This document shows, piece after piece, positions 14,718 to 30,084 of a stretch of DNA of 64,000 bases (within the stretch, counting starts at the first letter, position 1; every line of letters begins with the position of its first letter). Origin of the DNA: Octopus vulgaris (taxonomy: Eukaryota); contig OX597832.1 of the NCBI GenBank assembly GCA_951406725.2, positions 63,984,001-64,048,000 on the forward strand, read 5' to 3'. The notes under the pieces are model-generated. The model worked only from the letters and a program-made list of their open reading frames with translations, did no database searches and was not told the origin of the DNA. The position numbers were made by a program, and so were the translations under genes.

Positions 14718-14955
14718 TACACCCATAAAACACTGATAGTTACACAGGCATACCAAGACACTCCTGCTGACATGTATATATGCATATATATTATTCTCTA
14801 TCTCTAAGAGTGTTTGTACGCGCATGTATATACAAAATAATGTAAGAACGTAAAGCTAAAAAATTATTGCACATTAATACTTGTTTCTCAGTAAGCGGCC
14901 TAACCGTAAATCCATTTAAGAACAGACTTCACGACACAGGAAATCTTTCTCTCAC

Positions 14956-14986
14956 CTCATAGAAGAAATGACATCAATCTTGAAAT
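14956..14986 (-). CDS. Candidate 31-nt cytoplasmic-tail exon of the cadherin gene
   Basis: Strong signals: tcttcttttctgtcag|ATTTCAAGATTGATGTCATTTCTTCTATGAG|gtgaga. In phase 1 it reads (D)FKIDVISSM, compatible with the 39856-39896 candidate; phase 2 entry hits a stop. No homology evidence. Confidence 0.42.
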
Positions 14987-16026
14987 CTGACAGAAAAGAA
15001 GATAATATCCAGTGTTCATATATCACGTGGTGTATTTCGAACAGGACTAACCCGATTTCGAGTCGGATTAAAGCCTAGCAACTTCCATATAACCCAGAAT
15101 TTCGAGATAATAAATCCCTCCAGAGCAACATTTACTCTTTCGCGTGCTACGATCATTAGTCTGCGACCATGACGGGTTGTGTCTTTGAAGGATTTTTGAG
15201 GTCTGGTAAATTTTTCATCGATTTCATTGTCGCACTTCTAAGTTAAAAGACATGAACACAGGGCATCATTTTCTGAACGGTGTCATTGCAGAGGCAGACG
15301 ATGAAGCAAATACGTAAGCAAACACGCGCACGTAAACACACACATGCACACACACATTTACACACATACACACTCATTTACACACATACACATATATATG
15401 ACGGGCTTCAGTACTGTTTGCAGCAATCAATTTAACTCACAAGGCATTGGTCAGCCGGAGGCTATAGTAGAAGACACTTACCCAAGATGCCACGCAGAGG
15501 GACCGAACCCGAAACCGCGTGGTTGCAAAGCGAACTTCTTAACCACACAGCTATGCCTGCGCCTAATGAAAAAAAAAATAAAAGCAAAAAAACAGGACTG
15601 ATCTTCATTTGTTGACACAGTCTGAGGGCAACAGAGAAAGAACTTGTGACGTCATGCAGCACGTGACACTCAATATCTTTTGCTTTCATAACTAATGCGA
15701 AAATCCGAAAGAGAATATGCTAAAAGACCTTGGTACCATCAGAAAAGCAACTGTATTTACATACAAGGAAAACAATTACGTAGTGACCATTCTATGTAGG
15801 CAATCAACTTCATAGAAATAGCAGTCATGTTACCCTAATATCACAAAGTAACTGTTTTGATACAGATTGAAACACATTGGACTATTTAGTATAAGCTTTC
15901 ATACAGGAAGAGATAGAATGATCGCGGATGAAACGCCTTTCTTCATATACCTGGGATTCAGCATCGCCATCACACCTCACATAGCCATGCACTCAAGTAT
16001 GCACACACATGTACACATGCGCGCGC

Positions 16027-16071
<45 letters not shown>

Positions 16072-16149
16072 GAGGTGTGTGTGTGATGTACACACACAAA
16101 ATCACCTTTTTCCATAATCATATACAACTAATGCATACACCTACATAAT

Positions 16150-16209
<60 letters not shown>

Positions 16210-16590
16210 GGTACATTTATTTGTGTATAATATATATATATATATATTATACACAAATCTATCTATCATATATATCATCTTTCTATACATCCATCTATCT
16301 ATCTATACATATACATATATACACATATATATAAGTATATATATATGTGTGTATATATATATGTATATATATGTATATATATAAGTATATATATATGTAT
16401 ATATATATGTATATATATATATGTATATATATATGTATATATATATGTATATATATGTATATATATATGTATATATATATAAATGATATACATGTATATA
16501 TATACATAGTAATATTAATATATATATATTTATTTAAGTATATAGGTATATATAACTTAATAACCCCCCCTCTCTCTCTGTGAATGTGTT

Positions 16591-16636
<46 letters not shown>

Positions 16637-17272
16637 TGTATGTATATATAATGTGACACCGATACGCACTTCCCACGCCTAAACAAATGAGAGCCATCCT
16701 AGCTTAATCTAATAACAACATAAATTTATTATAAAATTTACGAGACTTTCAAGACATTAAGAAATTTAATACAGCCTTTTATTACAACATACCGTATAGT
16801 AAATCTCTTTTATAGAATTATTCATATGTATGTATATGTACAGATACACACACGTATCATCATATATATATTTTTATACATACATACACACTTGTATCAT
16901 ATACAAGAGAGAGAACTGGCAATTATATATATACATATATATACAACATTACATACACGTTTATATGCTGTACATAGGTATTTCTATGTATATAATATGT
17001 GTACATATATCTACATATGCATACATAGTTGCACACACATATATTTATACATTTATGTACATATAAGATATATACACAAAAATGGAATTCTAGAGTGTGT
17101 TGACGTGTGTGTAAGTTGTACATCTACTACCCCTCCTGTTGTACATGCTCGCGCATGTGTACACACACACACACACATACATACATCCATACACACGCAC
17201 ACACACACATATATATACACATGTATGTCGCCTTACCTTTAATGATATGTCTACAATCACACACTCATGTTC

Positions 17273-17349
<77 letters not shown>

Positions 17350-17746
17350 CACATACTAGATGCAAAGAATAAAGTTTGAATATTTCTCAGATATATTTTT
17401 ACATCATGAAATGAAATATATACACCCACCACAAATAAAAATCATATATATAACGACAAAAGCCACAAGAAAATACATAGAATAAAATATACATTCAAAA
17501 ACGAAAATAAACCCAAATAAATAAAACAATCTGCTACCCCCACCATTTCCCCGTTTCACGAAAGCTTAATTCCATCCTTTCTAACAGTGAATGGAATCGT
17601 CCAAATTTCAATGAAGTATGCACTAAAATGAATCAAGTATATATAATATTAGTTTTTGTTTGTATTTAATATTGCAAAATATATATTACTTAAGAGACTC
17701 TGTCGAGTTGTAAAAGCTTATCACTAATACTGTGTGTGTATGTATG

Positions 17747-17791
<45 letters not shown>

Positions 17792-17873
17792 AATATGCGT
17801 GTTTGTATGGATTTTTGTACGAGTGTGTTTATTAACTTTATATCTATGTTTCTCTTTCCGTATGTACCTATTC

Positions 17874-17953
<80 letters not shown>

Positions 17954-18564
17954 CACGCACGCATACACATTAATCGATCCTATTTCGTGTCCTAACTTCA
18001 CAAGCCGAACCAAATGAACGCCACTAACTCACAATCACGGCACATAAAAAAGAGACCCCATGTCACTGCTCTATATGCTAAAAATATCACCAGAATCTCC
18101 TTCAAAATCACTCCCTGCCTTCTCAAATAAATAAAGGACACGCTGAATAACGTCATCCTATGTTCATAGCCCTCAAAAGTTGGGATGACCTCAAATGGTT
18201 GACCCTTGGCCAAGCGTCTGTTCCATCAAGTTTAACACAAACTACAAGAATAAAAAAAAAACTACAAGAATGGCGACAGCAACAACACCGGCAGCCATAC
18301 TCTCAGTACTAGTTGGTTTCAAATATTCAGCACAAGGTCAGCAATTTTGAAGGGAGGGGAAGTTAATCGATACCATCGATCCCACCACATGACTTGCATC
18401 TCATTTATTACATCGTCTCCGAAACGATGAAAGGCAATGTTGGCCTCGGTTAGATTTGAACTTAGAATGTAAAGAACTGAAAGAAATGCCGCTAAGCACT
18501 TATCCGACGCGATAATGATTCAGCCCCTCTAAATGGCCAACTGACAATGAAAGCCATTAAAGTA

Positions 18565-18935
18565 CAGTTGAACCATTGTACGAGTAATGTGCTGTACGAG
18601 CTGAGAATCGTGCGAATTTTTGCCTTGAATTACGAGCAGAAATCCGCAGTACGAGCCCACAAATCGTCCCATCTTTAAGACAATTCAGTTAATAAAACCA
18701 GTCTACATATTTCTTTTGCATTCTCTTTTTTTTTTATAATTGTCATTTTACTTCTAACGACACCTTTTCTCTTCTAAAACTCATAAAAATTTATTTCTGA
18801 GTGGTTTTTGCGGGCTGCAACGGATTGATTTTATTTTAGTTAATTTCATTGGTGAAAATTGACTTGTAAAACGAGTAAATCGTAAAACGAGTTCGGTCAT
18901 GGAGCAAATTACACTCGTACTGCGAGATATCACTG
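18565..18935. mobile_element. Tc1/mariner (pogo/Tigger-like) MITE
   Basis: TA|cagttgaacc...tacgag at the left end and ctcgta...gatatcactg|TA at the right: TA target duplication, degenerate CAGT-starting TIRs, repeated acgag subterminal motifs. Confidence 0.7.
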
Positions 18936-19464
18936 TATTTACAACTTGTCATGACATCCACGCGTTTATAAAGAAGAATAATTACGAAAATTATAATACA
19001 ACTGGTTATGGATAACACGGATTAACAGAGTTTTGCAGGGTGGTTATGAAGTTCTTCACAATTATCTTTTACTTGTTTCAGACATAGGATTGTGGCATTG
19101 ATGGAGCACTGTTTTGAAGGCTTCAAGTCGAAGAAATCAGCCACAGTGTTTAGACTTCTTCCTAAGTCGGGTACTTATTCAATTGGAACTGTTTATTTAC
19201 GGGTACATAAGCCAACCATCAGCAGTCCTCAGGTGGCATGCAGGGAGTACATACATAACCACAAATACATAAACACACACATTCACGACGGGCTTCCTCA
19301 CAGTTTCCGCCTACCAAGTTCATTCACAAGCCATTGGTCGGCACGGGGCTATAGTAGAAGACACTTGGTCAATATGCTGGGCAGTGGGACTGAACCCAAC
19401 ACCCCTAGTGGTTGCAAAGCAAACTTCTTATCAATACAGCCATCCCTGCGCCCACAAGTTTATT

Positions 19465-19512
19465 AAATTGCTGACGAAGACTCTGAAAGGAGTTGAAACG
19501 TACGTATATTTA
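19465..19512 (+). ncRNA. Minimal hammerhead-like motif
   Basis: CTGACGA-A-GACTC-tgaaag-GAGTT-GAAAC-GTAC-GTA; helix I is weak. Confidence 0.5.
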
Positions 19513-19849
19513 TTCCCCCTTTTTTGTTTGTGTCCACATACATAATGTACAAATGAATCGTTCAAAATCGCCATAACTCCCCTATAGATTATAGCAACAG
19601 ATATTTTAAATTTGTACAATTTTAATTTTGTACATAACAGAATTAATCTGTCAAAAAGGATAAGTATAGGAATTTAATAAATTTTGAAATAGTTATATTT
19701 ATGAGCTTGTTAATTTTTAATATATCCTGCGTTATTTCATAAACAAACTGAGATACGATTCTGAAGTTCCGGAAATACATTTTGCAGCAGAATTTAAGAA
19801 TCAAATTAGTTATTATCCTAGCCTGGAGCTGGTCGATAGAATGAAGATG

Positions 19850-20050
19850 AGATGAATAGTCTTTTGCCAAAAGTCTTCGTATGTTCTCATAGAAGTTTTA
19901 TTAATATATCTAACAATTAAATTATCAATCGTAAGAAATTTTTCTGATATACAGCGATAACATAGATTACTAAAATTATAAATTAAGAGAATTTTATAAT
20001 TGCCTCTGTATATGCTTTCTCTAAAAGTACGCCCATGGTGGAGATTTATC
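19850..20050 (-). mobile_element. Possible second Penelope-like GIY-YIG C-terminal remnant
   Basis: YKILLIYNFSNLCYRCISEKFLTI...INK resembles CxLCxSEKFxI...LNK. A hammerhead-like motif lies at 19465-19512. Confidence 0.4.
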
Positions 20051-22343
20051 TTATTAGATTGGGATGGGGACTCGAACTGTCCGATCGCAGTGGTTTTACG
20101 GCTCGTTGGGGATACTTTTATGGCATTGGAAAAGTTGTGGGATGACACATATTAAAGATGGCGAGCCTGACACAAAATTGTTTATATATGTATATAAACA
20201 GGCCAACTGTTTATATATTTATATACAGACAAACTGGCAGAAACTTTACTACGCCGGGTGAAATGCTTACAGGTATTTTGTCTGTCTTTACATTCCGAGT
20301 TCAAATTCCGCCGAGGTCAACTTTGCCTTTCATTCTTTCGGGGTCAAAAAATTAAGTACCAGTTGCGTACTGGTGACGATCTAATTAATTGGCTCCCCTT
20401 CCCCAAAATTTCGGGCCTTGTGCCTATAGTAGAAAAGTATATTTATATGTATGTATGTGTAACTATATATATTTGTTTGCATGTGTATATAAGAATGGAT
20501 TTTAGATAGCTAGGTGTACATAGCTATTCTTTTACTGGTTTTAGTCACTAGACTGCGGCCATGCTGGGGTATTGCCTTGAAGAATTTTTGTCGGACGAAT
20601 CGACCCCAGTACTAGTATTTATTCCGTCGGTCTCTTTTTTTTGTACTGAATCCCGAATTTAAGGGTCTGTAAACAAACCAAAACTGGTAGTCAAGCAGTG
20701 GTGCGGGACAAATACACAAACACGCTTACGCACACACGCACACCCACACACCCACACGCACACATGTACATATACGATGGACTTCTTTCAGTTTCCGTCT
20801 ACCAAATTGATACACAAAACCTTCGTTGGCCGGAGGCAAAAGTAGAAGGTGCCACACGGTGGGACTGAACCTAGAACCGTGAAGCTGGAAAGCATATTTC
20901 TTATTACACACACACCCACACGCACATTCTCATGTAAAATGCTTTACATACGATTCCATCATATGCAAAATTAATTCTATTTAGGTATGTAATTCCATGT
21001 TACGGCATGAATTTCTGGAATGTAACGCTCATATATATATAAATATATGTGTGTGTGTGTTTGTGCTCACCTAATTACCCATATATGTATTTCTATATAT
21101 CTGTGTTCCTGTTAAGGGAATGATACAGAGAAACACCGAAGGGGAGAGATAGACGGAGAGGGAGAATTCTGGAGATCTAGAAGGTAAATATAGTTAGCGA
21201 ATATGCGTCCTTAAATTCGGAAATAGAAACAAGAACAGCTATTTTAAATAAATATATAAATATAAGCGACGCCATTCTTTTCATTCGGTCGTTGTATGTT
21301 GGTCAAACCTTCAGCCAGTTCAACAACACAGAGTTTAAAATGGAGGAAAAGACAACCCCCCCCCCCAAAAAAAAAAACACACACACACACAAAAACCAAA
21401 AAACAAAACAACAAAACAAAAAAACAGTAGTCATAGATGTGAGAGACACAACTACAGCAACAAATGTTGAAACGAAAATCGAAAACAACGCTATCTTAGG
21501 ACGAAAATTTACAAGCATATACACAATGTTATATATACGTATATACAAATACAAATATGTGTGTATTTATGCATATGTACACAAATATGCATACATACAT
21601 ATATATGCCTATATATATATATATACATATATATGTACTTATATATGTATATATATTTATCTATATAGATAGATAAACAAACAGACGTGTCTATCTCTCT
21701 CTCCCCCTCTCTCTCTCTATCTATCTATCTCTTGCCCATACGACTACCATCCTTCATTGATTATTGATAGAGAATCTCTCAAGTGTATTTCTTTGTCAGT
21801 TTATTTCTTCCGTTGTATGGAGGTGTAGTAGTGGCAGCGATGATGGTGATTATTTTACGATGGTATTTGTTGTATAGTTTACTGCTCAGCACTGAACATA
21901 GTAAACGCCAGTGTGTAAAAGACGTATAACAGTAAAGCAATGGCGGATCTAATATCGTTTTGCGTCTTTCGATCGAGTTTGGATTCTGCATAGTCGCCAT
22001 GTTGTCCTGTATCTTTAAGGTCGGCGCATATATATCTTGTCAGTTGTCTGTACGCTGTTCTCGCTTTTCTCCGAGTTTTCACACACTCACACACTCGTGT
22101 TGTGTGTGTGTGTTTGTATATACTTATATATTTGTATATATTTATATGCATGTATTTATATGTATATATTCGTATGTATGGGTGTATGTACACACATACA
22201 AGTATAGTCTTTACTGAGAAGAAAAAATGATATAACATTTTGTTTTTCATTTGATTTTCAAATTTTTGTTTATATGTGTTTATTTATGAATTAGAATCTA
22301 TACCTTTTAAAATTATCTATGGGTTTATGTGTGTGAATTTGGG

Positions 22344-22404
<61 letters not shown>

Positions 22405-22467
22405 TAACATGTGTTTTTATATATTTGTATGTATGTATGTATGTATGTATGTATGTATGTATGTATG

Positions 22468-22559
<92 letters not shown>

Positions 22560-23357
22560 CCAAAGTCACAGAGTAGGAGTGGGACGGAGTAGGAGAAAGA
22601 GTAGTATAAGTGAAGTTGGAGAAGACAAAATAGTAATACAGTGAAGGAGAAGTAGTGAGAGTAATGGTCCTGATTAAGAGGGAGTGAGAGAAAATAATAG
22701 CAATGAGAGAAAAGAAAAGGGTGATAGATGAATAAGGAAAGAAGGGTTGAAAAAAAATCAGCGTTTCAACTCTGTGTGAGTATATGAGTGTGTATGTAAA
22801 AGGGAGGTAAGTGAATGTTCGTGTGTGTGATTATTATGTATCTTATTTTATACCTCATATATATATATATATAAAATACTACAACTAACCGTCATTTTTG
22901 ACGGCACATTAGCACATTTTTGTATGTGTTTATATATGTATGTTAATTTAAGTATGAGATTTTTCACTAATATATAAGAGCGTGTATCTGTGTTTTCATG
23001 TATGTGTGTGTGTATGACTTTCTATGTTTGTATATATGTTATTGAAGTTTATTGGAAGAATTCTGAAAGCGTATTGTACTCATTGTCTATGTGAGCGAGT
23101 AAGTTTTTGTAAGTGTACGTAAGTGACCGTGTGTGAGCTGTGTGTGTCTGGGCGAAATGTGTTTTATTCATTTCGTATCCTATTACAGGTTTGTGAGTCT
23201 GCAATAAAGACTCCTTCAATTGTAAATTTGATATTTTATCATTATTGAGATAACTAAGTAAGAAGTCGTTGTGAAATTTCCTTATCTATCTATCTGTCTG
23301 TCTGTCTGTTTGTTTGTCTGTCTGCCTGCCTGCCTGCCTGTCTGTGAATATATATGC

Positions 23358-23416
<59 letters not shown>

Positions 23417-23764
23417 TAATTGTGTGTATAGCTTCCTCTTTAATATAATACATTAAAGGCAGTGCCTCAGCGTGGCCTCAGCCATTAGCTGAAACTTGTA
23501 AATGAGATATGTATATACATACACACGCACATATATTTGAATTGGCTTTTATTCTCTCTCTAATTATGTATTTTTTCTTATTATCTCTGTTTATTTTGTG
23601 GCGTTCCTTTTTCTTGAAGAGCGTAGGCTCGAAACGTAAAAGACTTTCTCACCTTCCCTGTTCGTTGTTTATACACCTGTCTTTTGTTTTTTTTATAAAT
23701 TTCAACTATATATATATATGTATATATATATATCTATATCTCTCTCTCTCTCCCTCTCTCTCTG

Positions 23765-23797
<33 letters not shown>

Positions 23798-23798
<1 letters not shown>

Positions 23799-24086
23799 GA
23801 GGCGCAGTGGTTAGGGAAGCGGACTCGCCGTCGTAGGATCGCGGTTTCGATTCCCAGACCGGGCGTTGTGAGTGTTTATTGAGCGAAAACACCAAAAGCT
23901 CCACGAGGTTCCGGCAGGGGTTGGTGGAAATCCCTGCTGTACTCTTTTGCCACAACTTTCTCTCACTCTTTCTCCTGTTGTCCTGCTCGCTTAGCCAGCG
24001 GGGTGGCATCATTTGAAGGCTAAAACAATGCGAAGCGCATTGTGACCAGCGATGTGTAGCAACATCTGATAGTCTGGTCGTTCACG

Positions 24087-24090
<4 letters not shown>
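23798..24090 (+). mobile_element. tRNA-derived SINE, family C head
   Basis: ggaggcgcagtggttaggg..gcggactcg...ggtttcgattcccagaccgggcgttgtgagtgtttattgagcgaaaacacc; Pol III boxes present. Confidence 0.88.
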
Positions 24091-24144
<54 letters not shown>

Positions 24145-24729
24145 TTCGTGTTTATTGAAAGTCTCTGAAAAGCTGTTGTTTATGTACGCGAATATTTTGT
24201 TTAGCCCCAGGTCAAAGAGCTTTACAATTGTGACTACGCAAAGTGGTCACACCAGTTAGAAATAACAGGTAGATAACATTATGACCCTAAATTAGTAGGG
24301 TTCCATAAAAATATAACTAGAAATATAGATTGAAGAAAAACATTACTCATTGTCCAACATCATTATAATTTTACGGGAAAATATAAACGTGTTTCGCTTT
24401 TATCATAATCTCATCAGCGAAGCATAAACTTCAACATACATAACGATGTCGCGATGAGAGAATAAGTCAACGAAAAAGAACGTACAGTTGTTGGAATAGG
24501 AAACCAGAACTGTTTTAGAGTTTATTACTCAGAGATACTTATATGAAACACTTTAATGTTTGAATATCCAATTCCCAAGATCCCCCCACAAAAGGAATAT
24601 ATATTTATCTATCTGTCTGTCTGTCTGTTTGTATGTCTATTTGCCTGTTTGTCTAAGATACTGAAGATTTTGAAGATCCCTTTAGAAAATAACTTTCGTA
24701 GGATATGTTTACATACAAACATTTAAATA

Positions 24730-24970
24730 GGTACCTCGCTCCTTCAGTTTCTAAATATATCGAGCGTTTAAAGGATTATAACAGACTTAAGTATAAATCA
24801 GTCGCGTCTTCATAGAACGCTTGTCTCCCTACATCAATGAATCCAGAAATTGTAATCTTTGTCTTACGGTAATGTATAACATTTTGCGACAGTCTTTTGA
24901 AATCGGGAACAAGAATCGGTATTGGTAAATTCTTGCAGACACAACTATCGATATCTGTTGAGGAATTTCC
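24730..24970 (+). mobile_element. Penelope-like element remnant (C-terminal part of the GIY-YIG region)
   Basis: Frameshifted pieces SVSKYIERLKDYN / IERLSPYINESRNCNLCLTVMYNIL / LVNSCRHNYRYLLRNF match the PLE pattern LSKYIWxLK...PY....CNLCLxEK...SKCRH...LL. Confidence 0.7.
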
Positions 24971-25116
24971 AATAGCAACTGGTGAAAATAGTTTATTTCA
25001 CATATAAAGAACTTTTACCATAGTTTGGAAAATTATCATATAATGAAAAAGAAACGATTCTTAAAATATACAGACATTATTCAACACTTAAACCTCCTTA
25101 TCAGTCGCATTCCTTG

Positions 25117-25169
<53 letters not shown>

Positions 25170-25203
25170 CTTATATATTTATATATAAATACATACATAT
25201 ATT

Positions 25204-25275
25204 ATGTCTGCCCCCTCGTTATCGAGTATGGCCATTGCACGAAGCTTAACTGTTACTGGTGCTGCTCAGCCAGAC
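25204..25275 (-). mobile_element. Very short RTE-type 3' tail insertion
   Basis: Reverse complement ttaagcttcgtgcaatggccatactcgataacgagggggcagacat closely matches 62366-62411. Confidence 0.6.
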
Positions 25276-25645
25276 ATATATACATACATATATACATACA
25301 TACATGTATATATATAACGTCCTGACAAATATCAAGCAAGCACTGAGTATAAAGGAAGAAGGTTAAATTTCCAACAAGTAGATACCAGAAAATGTATGTA
25401 GAATACAAATCTCAGGTAAATCCTCACGTACTACAGGTAATCCAACAATCCTTATGCAGGATTTTAATAAATATGTACGAAGAAAATCATTTCTTTATTT
25501 CAGATCACACCTTAAAAATCCAACAATTGTTTCAATTGCATTAACATATATATATATATATATATTCAATTATTAGGGTTTAAGGTATGATCTAAAATAA
25601 AGATATAATTTTCTTCATACATATTATCTATTGTTGTGTGTGTGC

Positions 25646-25694
<49 letters not shown>

Positions 25695-25762
25695 TACTAT
25701 ATACATACTAATATATATATATATATATACGTACTAATATATATATATGTATATATATATAC

Positions 25763-25822
<60 letters not shown>

Positions 25823-26448
25823 GTATATGTACACGCATTCACTAAAAAACTATATCACTTCTTTTTAGATGTAAATAGATGGATATATCACGTTTTATGC
25901 TTGTAATGGTTGAATGGATTATGCAGGAATTTTCATATGGTTTTTCGGCAACCCTATAATCTGAATGACAAATCATTTTGATGTATTTAAAGTACAATCT
26001 TTTGGATAATCGGCAACGTTAAACATATGATACCAATCGCTATTTTGTGCTGATGTAGATTTTTGCATAGACAGATGCGAATAATTTTTGCACCCTAATT
26101 CATATAATTGAAAATAAATTAACCAAGGGAAATAACTGAAATGCGCCTATTGAATGAATTTTGATATCTGTAATAGGAGATGCTGCATTTTCTTAGGAAA
26201 GTGTTAGCAGCTCTCATAGTAAAGGATGGGGTAGGGTGCGGGAGATAATCTTTTAAATTTTCAGTGTAAATTTACCTTCTTAGGAGAAGAAATGCCTGAC
26301 ATTGTAGGTAGGGGACAAATGTGGACATATTTCAGGCTATTAGACGTCATCAATATAATACACCTTCAGACAAAGTAGGGAGTTGCAAGGTATTGAAATC
26401 AAATCGATTTATAGCATATTGATATAACATATGAAAAAGAGAACAGAC

Positions 26449-26510
<62 letters not shown>

Positions 26511-26526
26511 TTTAATGTCTGTTCTC

Positions 26527-26592
<66 letters not shown>

Positions 26593-27004
26593 CTTATATA
26601 CATATATGTATATAAGTATATTAAGTATATAATTTAACTTGTAAAACAAAGTTCAACAAATACACCCATATAGTTCTTAATGAACACCATACCTATGTAA
26701 TTCTAATGTCTTTTCAGATTTTTTACTTTCCTTAATTGTTTCTACTGATGAATGCTTTTTGACATTCCAGATTCTTGAAACGAATTTGTTATATTTTTGT
26801 AGCAAACGATCGTATAGCGGTATGCATAAAATCAATTTCAGTCCGTATTAACATCTAATCTCCTCCATTTACGAAAAATACAATTGAATTTCTTGAACTT
26901 TGTTTTATAAGTTTAAATAATATACTTAAATAGACTTACATAAATTTTCATATCTACATGTATACATACATATATATGCATGTATATACACACATATACA
27001 TGTA

Positions 27005-27053
<49 letters not shown>

Positions 27054-27058
27054 GTGTG

Positions 27059-27096
<38 letters not shown>

Positions 27097-27899
27097 TCTG
27101 TATATATATGTATATATGTACATATATACATGTATGTATATATATACATATATACATGTATATACACACACATATATATATATATACATGTATATACACA
27201 CACATATATATATATATACATGTATATACATATATATATATATATACACATGTATATGTCTATATATATACATATATTCATGTGTATATATATACATATA
27301 TACATGTATATATATGTCTATATATATATACACATATATACATATACATACATATATACATATATATATATATTCACTTCATAATGTTTTTTACTCACTT
27401 TGTCAAGATTCTGTTTTAAGTTGTATAACACTAAACCAAGTTTAATATGCGCTCTCCTAGTTCATTGCATAAACCTTTATTCCCATATATTTTGAGAATC
27501 GTGTGTGTGGGTGTGTGTGTGTGTGCGCGTGTTTGCGCGCTCGCGCGCTTTTGCCTGTGTGCTCAATTTAAGCCTTTATTTATTCGGTGGTGTTACAAAG
27601 AAAGTATTGCTTAGAAGCATTAAGACGTTACATAGCGGTAATTAATGGTTTAATGTGGCGATGATAAGCTAAGAGTGGTGAAGAGAAGATAGCGATGATA
27701 AGAAGCCGGCAGTTAGAAATAGTTAAATGGAGTTAGTTAAGAGTTAATCACGTGATAATATGAACAAAAGCACGAAGATACCTGAAAAACCAATGAGTTG
27801 TTCTCGAAGAATCTTTACGGGCTGCTTTACATCTGTAAGAAGTATGATGCAAAGATATTTATATAATATTATCATACCTTCGGTGCCAATGAAGATGTG

Positions 27900-27971
<72 letters not shown>

Positions 27972-28075
27972 GATACTTTTATGAATATTTTGCATAATAC
28001 GGCAGGAAACATACTGTATACAGTTTTCTTCACGAGACACGATTAAGTATCGTTTATCAACAAACATAGAATACG

Positions 28076-28127
<52 letters not shown>

Positions 28128-29074
28128 ATATATAATATATATATATATATATATAATATATTATATATATATAGCTTCCTCAAGTAATCTAAATGGGTGC
28201 TGAAACTCAATATGTCCGAATGATGTGGACAATATATACGGAAACAACTGCATTAGAGTTTTATACGCATGCACACACATACACCCACACTCACACATGA
28301 TGTCCCTAAATCTACACTAGACACATTCATGAACTCTGATGAAGGTCAATACATTTAACAAAAAAACAAGAAACACCAACACAGACGAAACATCTGATAA
28401 TCTGTTTGCTTCGCTGATAAAGTCGTCCAGATTCTGGTCCGGCCTCAACTTGAACAGACAAATGAGCAAAGACAATCCAGCTATGGCCAGCTCATCTTTT
28501 CTCCCGAACAACATTGTGCTTTGTATCCACGGTAAGGTGTCAACTGACAGAGATTTGACTGTTATTTCTGGCATTTTGAGTGACCATGTAAAGCCTATCT
28601 TGGCTTGTCTATAATGCTGTTGTTGCGGTTGTACATTAACCACAGGTCAGTAAAAAGCGCTCCAGCCATGATCATCCTGTCTTTCATTACACATACAGCT
28701 GATATATATATATATATGTTCTTTTAAATGTTTCAGGCATTTGACTGCGACCATGCTGAAACATCTTAAAGGGTTTTAGTCGAACAAATCGACCCCTGGA
28801 CTTACTTTTTACGCTTAGTACTTATTCTATCGATATCATACAGGGATGTAAACACACCAACACCTGTTGTCAAGCGGTGACAGGGGAGAGACAAATACAG
28901 ACAGAAAGACATATATGTAAAATTCTTAAAAACCAACAGAAATTAAACGCTCAGAAATGCTTTCATATATCCTTAGAAATGCCCACTTGTTCATTGAAAG
29001 CTTTCAAAATACTAAGAATGAGAATACTTCTTTTATATTCGACCGACATATTCTTGCATAACCAAAAAATGACT

Positions 29075-29348
29075 GGCACTCAGTGAGTTTCAGTTGATCA
29101 TGAAATTAACGTGCAAGTGGCTGAGTACTCCACAGACACGTGTATCCTTAACGTAATTCTCAGGGAGATTCAGCGTGACAAGACTGACCCTTTGAATTAC
29201 AGCTACAACTCATTTTTGCTAGTTGAGTGAACTGAAGCAACGTGGAATAAAGTGTCTTGCTTAAGGACACAACACGCGGCCAGGAATCGAACTCATGACC
29301 TTACGATTGTGAGCCGAATTCCTTAACTTTTGAACCACTCGCTTTCAC
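29075..29348 (-). mobile_element. tRNA-derived SINE (different head, same 3' module as 31355)
   Basis: gagttcgattcctggccgcgtgttgtgtccttaagcaagacacttta head; partial sister copy at about 30350-30488. Confidence 0.8.
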
Positions 29349-29449
29349 TAAAAGAAATACTCTTTCATATACACATGTAAGTCTAGCTAGTCAACATTCT
29401 AAAAAACAACAAATCTACCTATTTCTCCGTAGATTGAAACACGATGAAA

Positions 29450-29860
29450 GGCGCAGGAGTGACTGTGTGGTAAGTCGCTTGCTTACCAACCACATGGTTC
29501 TATGTTCAGTCTCACTGCGTGGCACCTTGGGCAAGTGTGTTCTACTATAGCCTCGGGCCGACCAAAGCCTTGTGAGTGGATTTGATCGACGGAAACTTAA
29601 AGAAGTCGGTCGTATATATGTATATATATATATGTATGTGTGTGTATATGTTTGTGTGTGTTTGTTGGTCTCCCCAACATCACTTGACAACCGATGGTGG
29701 TGTGTTTACGTCCCCGTCACTTAGCGGTTCGGCAAAGAAACCGATAGAATAAGTACTAGGCTTATAAAGAATAAGTCCTGGGGTCAATTTGCTCGACTAA
29801 AGGCGGTGCTCCAGCAGACCGCAGTCAAATGACTGAAACAAGTAAAAGAGTAAAAGAGTA
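29450..29860 (+). mobile_element. Full-length tRNA-derived SINE (family B) with an internal microsatellite
   Basis: ggcgcaggagtgactgtgtggtaag...ggcaccttgggcaagtg...tactatagcctcgggccgacc...gcagtcaaatgactgaaacaagtaaaagagtaaaagag tail. Confidence 0.92.
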
Positions 29861-30084
29861 AGAAAAAGAGAGAGTCTTAATCAATTTTTGACCCTTATTG
29901 GGGGTCTCATCAGAACGGTCTACATCACTTACTTTATCCTAGAGAAACAAGCAGTAAATCTATTTATTTATATTGATCAAATCTAGGAGTCTCAGGTGAT
30001 TGAAGTGTAAAGAAGAAGTGAAGGAAGCGAGTTGAAACGAAATGTAAATGGAATGAATTATTAAGAAAGAAGAAATGTGTAATA

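Noticed and set aside
23798-23870. tRNA-like sequences (also 715-785, 31640-31710, 55233-55305)
   Set aside because: SINE heads: they run into SINE bodies and lack an intact cloverleaf and terminator.
28317-28643. 108-aa non-repetitive-looking ORF
   Set aside because: Overlaps a decayed copy of the old SINE-like family; no protein motif.
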